Source: a phage. From it: a stretch of 64,000 nt of DNA. The notes beneath the pieces are model-generated. The model saw only the letters and a program-made list of their open reading frames with translations. It did no database searches and had not been told where the DNA came from. Below, one piece after another: positions 60,161 through 64,000 of the stretch. The stretch lies in sequence record PZ452581.1; one strand, 5' to 3'. Made by a program: the position numbers and the translations under genes. Position 1 is the first letter of the stretch; the number at the start of each line of letters is the position of its first letter.

Positions 60161-61129
60161 TTATTTCAGAAGAGTAACCTCAGCGATTTCTTCCCAACCG
60201 TTTTTGTCGGTCATAATAAAGTCAGCAAGATAAAGAGCAGTACGCAGTGAAACATTGCGTAAACGATTAACATTGACTTTCATCCATGATAATGCTTTAT
60301 AAGTTTCTTCATCAGAAAGACCGCGCTTTTGCATCATGTCAGTTGAAAGAATAACATCTTCAACCCTGACCATAATTTCTTCATTAGTGTGAACACCCAA
60401 ATCCAAATAAACTGAGCGGGACACTAATGCTTGTAAGTGTGGGGCAAGTTTAGTACCACGGTCTAATTCGCGGTCAATGTCAACGTTTGTGATAAAAACA
60501 ATCGTTCCTTTAAATTCAAACTCACGCTCAATGCCTTTTTCTTCTAAGTAAGAAGATGCAGTGCTCCAGCAGACTTTACGGGTCTCTCCAGTGTCCAGAG
60601 CAGCTTTTAGAAGATTAAGAATGTCCATATCAGAGAAAACATCCACATCATCAATCAAAAGGACAGAATTCTCTTCACGATTATTCCAAAGTTGTTCATA
60701 AAGACCGATACCGGAGATTTTACCGTTAATGCTTTTATATTCAATGTATCCAATATCATTTGCTTTATTTAAAGCTTTATCTAAAGAATACGTTTTACCA
60801 ATACCTGCTGCGCCAGAGATAATTAATGAACGAATGTTTCCGTTAATAATACCATTCGTCATCATTCCCATAACATTAAATCTTTTATTAATGCGGGTTT
60901 TCATATCTTCATATGATTCTTTAACTTCTTCAACTTTTACACCATCATATGAAATGTCTGATTTGTAAACCCAAACACCGCGACGTTTACCGTCAATTTC
61001 AACAAAAACTTTACCATCTCCTTGTGCATCTACCGGAGCATTGTCTGGGAACCATTCGCCTAAGAGCTCAAAAGTTCCAGAGATTTCTTTGCCAAAGTAG
61101 ATACCCTTATTGATAGTTACAGTTTTCAT
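60161..61129 (-). CDS. P-loop NTPase (AAA-like) of unknown function
   Basis: 322 aa; Walker A GAAGIGKT and Walker B VLLIDDVD after a ~95-aa N-terminal domain. Confidence 0.6.
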   Translation of the reverse strand: MKTVTINKGIYFGKEISGTFELLGEWFPDNAPVDAQGDGKVFVEIDGKRRGVWVYKSDISYDGVKVEEVKESYEDMKTRINKRFNVMGMMTNGIINGNIRSLIISGAAGIGKTYSLDKALNKANDIGYIEYKSINGKISGIGLYEQLWNNREENSVLLIDDVDVFSDMDILNLLKAALDTGETRKVCWSTASSYLEEKGIEREFEFKGTIVFITNVDIDRELDRGTKLAPHLQALVSRSVYLDLGVHTNEEIMVRVEDVILSTDMMQKRGLSDEETYKALSWMKVNVNRLRNVSLRTALYLADFIMTDKNGWEEIAEVTLLK

Positions 61130-61186
61130 TTTATTCTCCTTTGATTTGATAGGACTACTATAACATAGTCCTATCAGTTTGTATAC

Positions 61187-61387
61187 TTATTTTGACATTT
61201 CTTCGATGTCACGACGATACCCGTCACGAACTTCACGAAGAGCTTCAAGGCCACACATAGGCTCGATACCAGTAATGTGAACTTGATTAATCTGATACTC
61301 TACATCTTCTAACTGAGCGAAAACATAACGACGTTCAGCTGCACAACCAGATTTAGCTTTACCGAAACGTTTATTCAAAGTAGTCAT
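61187..61387 (-). CDS. Hypothetical protein
   Basis: 66-aa ORF. Confidence 0.45.
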   Translation of the reverse strand: MTTLNKRFGKAKSGCAAERRYVFAQLEDVEYQINQVHITGIEPMCGLEALREVRDGYRRDIEEMSK

Positions 61388-61420
61388 TTTGTATCTCCAA
61401 TTTACTCATTTGTTTTGATA

Positions 61421-61456
61421 GATCTATAGTATCAACAACTACAGACCATGTAAACC
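61421..61456 (-). promoter_or_regulatory. T4-early-type promoter
   Basis: Minus-strand GTTTACATGGTCTGTAGTTGTTGATACTATA, upstream AT-rich UP-like tract. Confidence 0.5.
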
Positions 61457-61480
61457 GTTTTATGAAAAATTTTTGAAATA

Positions 61481-61508
61481 AAAAAAGGGAGCCCGAAGGC
61501 TCCCTATC
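61481..61508 (-). terminator. Hairpin terminator downstream of 61507-62520 ORF
   Basis: Minus-strand GGGAGCC-UUCG-GGCUCCC followed by a T-run. Confidence 0.6.
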
Positions 61509-62520
61509 ATTTATAATAACTTCGGTGGTTTTCAAGATAGACCTTCTCAAGGAAGTCATCCCAGAAACTCATGTCTACTGTTTTAGGCATACCGTTCTTA
61601 GAAGCTTCAATAGATGCTGCTTCTACTTGATCGACCACATCTTCCAAAAACTCTTGAACCGTTTTAAATGGATGTTTACCCAACTTCACGTCGAGAATAA
61701 ATGGAGCATCTTGGAGTGGATAAACCAAGTCACCAGTTTTGTAAATTTCCAATAGTTGGAGTCCACCACGGCAAGCATGACTCAGAGCTTTCCAGTCAAT
61801 ACCTTCATTGGCTTCGGCCTTACGAGCACGTTCACCATATTCAGCATCTAATTTGTTCAGTGACTGCTTAAGCTCAATAAGAGAAAGCGTTGTCTGATAT
61901 TTACGACCCAACACAGTGTAGAACGTTTGTGGGCCTGTTTTCTCATGATTATGGAACACCCATTCACAGAATTCGTTTTCTGGAAGACGATGCTTAATAT
62001 CTTCAACTTTAGTGCGACGCTGCTTAATAGAACCATCTTCTTGGTAATCAATCCACTGCTCAGGGATTTGATTAACTACTTTCAATACATCACGTAATGC
62101 AGCCAAACGAGAACCCTTGACACCGTATTTAGAAGCTTGCTTGCGGACATATCCTAAATAGGATTTCATGTTAGTCGTATAAAAACGAGAACGGTTGTCT
62201 TGAATAAACTTCCACACATCAGGCAAATCAGATTTAACCACTAGTTCAGGTGGAGTGTGAAGCATATCCAATGCTACAGTTTCACCATCTGCTGCTAATT
62301 TAAAGAAATATTTAAGACTGTATAGTTCATGGTCAATATCATCTTTAGTGTTTTTAGATGATGTGTTGTTAGTGTTTTTACTCATGTGCTCTTTGACATT
62401 TCCGATAAGAATATCACGAGCAGGAGGAACAAAAATTTCTTTAAAATCTACATCAGATTCTGGGGTAGAAGTTCCATAAAGATGACTACCAAAATAGCTT
62501 TTCATTACTGTTTTCATCAT
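61507..62520 (-). CDS. Nucleotidyltransferase-fold protein (Pol-beta superfamily)
   Basis: 337 aa; N-terminal GSHLYGTSTPESDVDF fits the G[GS]x(9-13)DxD nucleotidyltransferase signature. Confidence 0.55.
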   Translation of the reverse strand: MMKTVMKSYFGSHLYGTSTPESDVDFKEIFVPPARDILIGNVKEHMSKNTNNTSSKNTKDDIDHELYSLKYFFKLAADGETVALDMLHTPPELVVKSDLPDVWKFIQDNRSRFYTTNMKSYLGYVRKQASKYGVKGSRLAALRDVLKVVNQIPEQWIDYQEDGSIKQRRTKVEDIKHRLPENEFCEWVFHNHEKTGPQTFYTVLGRKYQTTLSLIELKQSLNKLDAEYGERARKAEANEGIDWKALSHACRGGLQLLEIYKTGDLVYPLQDAPFILDVKLGKHPFKTVQEFLEDVVDQVEAASIEASKNGMPKTVDMSFWDDFLEKVYLENHRSYYK

Positions 62521-62978
62521 TCAGCCTTATATTCAATAACAGGACATACTTTAGCTTTACGAGCTTTTAAAAATTCAACGATAATCGATTTCTTGGGTTG
62601 AATAGGAGGTAAACCTTTATACGCCCTATCAATATTTTCTATGTGTAAAGCATAATCCTTTTTCCATTTATAATCTTTATATTTTTCATGTAAATGTGCA
62701 GGAATAACAAATGAACCGATAATAAGTAAAACAACCAAAAGCGCAAGTATAAATGCTGATGGAATAAGAGTCCATAAACTACCAAAAATAAGCCATTTCT
62801 GCATGATTTCTGCGCAGATAATAGTTAGACCTGCGAGTATAGTACATCCGAAAAAAGAAACGAAAAATGTAGGAATAACAACAGACCAAAAATATGCACA
62901 CAGTGTCTTAGGTCGTTTCCATTCATCATTAAACATTTTGAATAATTTATAGTGCCAAGAGTTTTCATTAATAATCAT
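62517..62978 (-). CDS. Membrane protein
   Basis: 153 aa with two or three TM segments. Confidence 0.5.
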   Translation of the reverse strand: MIINENSWHYKLFKMFNDEWKRPKTLCAYFWSVVIPTFFVSFFGCTILAGLTIICAEIMQKWLIFGSLWTLIPSAFILALLVVLLIIGSFVIPAHLHEKYKDYKWKKDYALHIENIDRAYKGLPPIQPKKSIIVEFLKARKAKVCPVIEYKAE

Positions 62979-62980
62979 AA

Positions 62981-63502
62981 TTATCCTTTCATTGAAGGTG
63001 TAACAGTTGTTAAATACTTAATCATAGCTTCAGCTTCTGATTTTGATAATGAAATTTCTCCATTGTTTTGACGAATAGAAATAAAATCCGGATGACGGTC
63101 ACCACCAGCTTTTAAAATACACATATAAGTATCAGTTTCATCTTCAATATCTGAAATGATTGAAGCAGTTCCGCATGAATGTGGTTTTTGATAAATCAAT
63201 GCAGCTTTTCTTCCACCGTTTGACTGTTCATAAACTTTTAACACATCAAACAAATCACTTCTTTTATCAATAGCTAAGATGTTGTTTTCATCTTCAATGT
63301 TAAATCCTTCGGATACTTCATAAAGTGTCACCCATAAATCACCGATGTCAATAACAGCATTTCCTTTTCCACGACTTTCAAGAATATGACAAATTTTCTT
63401 GATTTCGTCATAACTCATTTTAATAATATCATCTCCTTGAATAAGGAAGATGTCATTTTTAAATTTAACGCGAATTAAACCACTTCCACTTGAAATAAAC
63501 AT
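62981..63502 (-). CDS. Hypothetical protein
   Basis: 173 aa; C-terminal motif shared with next ORF. Confidence 0.5.
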   Translation of the reverse strand: MFISSGSGLIRVKFKNDIFLIQGDDIIKMSYDEIKKICHILESRGKGNAVIDIGDLWVTLYEVSEGFNIEDENNILAIDKRSDLFDVLKVYEQSNGGRKAALIYQKPHSCGTASIISDIEDETDTYMCILKAGGDRHPDFISIRQNNGEISLSKSEAEAMIKYLTTVTPSMKG

Positions 63503-63508
63503 ATTTCC

Positions 63509-64000
63509 TCACTTTGAAATCATAGTTGGAATGACAGAATCAAGATAAGTCTTTAGCGCAATGGCTTCGTCTTTGGTAAATGTGACAATATGTGATCGAA
63601 AATCGTCAATTTGGCGAATAGTTAAGACATCTCCCTCTTCATAACATTTTGATACATTTAAAAGAGTTTCATCATTCTGATTGCAATCGTTAGTAATAAT
63701 AGCATTGCAATTTTTGAGCCATTTTAAACTATGTTTTCTTTCATTAGAATAATAAAAATATTTAATCTTAGCTATAAAACTATCCCAATGAATAACTGAT
63801 AAACACATTGACTCACTTTTAATATTAAATCCTGGGCATGAAGAATAAAAATGAATTTTGTGCTCATCATTGATGCTTACTATTTTATCAGTATAAGGAT
63901 ATTCAATTTGGGTTAAATGAATGATTTCACTAGGCGTAAAATACAGCATATCGTCTTCTTGCGTCAAACGATACATGTTATTTACTTTTTCTATAGCCAA
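63509..64000 (-). CDS. Hypothetical protein, probably 5'-truncated by window end
   Basis: Frame open to the window edge; codon at the edge is not ATG; C-terminus ...EAIALKTYLDSVIPTM similar to 62981-63502. Confidence 0.45.
   Translation of the reverse strand: MAIEKVNNMYRLTQEDDMLYFTPSEIIHLTQIEYPYTDKIVSINDEHKIHFYSSCPGFNIKSESMCLSVIHWDSFIAKIKYFYYSNERKHSLKWLKNCNAIITNDCNQNDETLLNVSKCYEEGDVLTIRQIDDFRSHIVTFTKDEAIALKTYLDSVIPTMISK

Noticed and set aside
1-64000. tRNA, rRNA, transposase or integrase genes
   Set aside because: None recognised; structured elements found are short hairpins, and the known T4 tRNA cluster lies outside the region covered.

Overview
This window is a contiguous segment of a T-even (T4-like, Tevenvirinae) coliphage genome. 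Almost every gene is on the minus strand; only the 3' end of gene 38, holin t and one small ORF are on the plus strand. Gene order follows T4 across its conventional coordinate origin: 38, t, asiA, arn, motA, 52, ac, stp, ndd, denB, rIIB, rIIA, 39, dexA, dda, modA, modB, soc, 56, 61, sp, dmd, 41, 40, uvsX, a glycosyltransferase, 42, imm, 43, regA, 62, 44, 45, rpbA, 46, 47, a-gt, 55, nrdH, nrdG, nrdD, 49, nrdC, then a block of nrdC-distal ORFs of unknown function. Identifications rest on my recall of T4 protein sequences, lengths and synteny, not on a database search. Several features point to a T2/T6-type phage, not T4 itself: a glycine-rich gp38 adhesin, an unsplit 606-aa gene 39, a 282-aa GT-A glycosyltransferase where T4 has beta-gt, no dam or segF around gene 56, and an intron-less nrdD. 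Regulatory signal is dense: repeated T4-early-type promoters (GTTTAC ... TGGTATAAT/TACTATA) and many UUCG-tetraloop hairpins in the intergenic regions. No tRNA, rRNA, CRISPR array or transposon was recognised. The best candidates for undescribed biology are a tandem array of four divergent paralogues (54734-58719) and an adjacent P-loop ATPase plus nucleotidyltransferase-fold pair (60161-62520). A GT-based DNA-modification variant, paralogue pairs with a recently duplicated 3' end, and several unannotated micro-ORFs are secondary leads. Coordinates of hand-derived small ORFs and motifs may be off by 1-2 nt.
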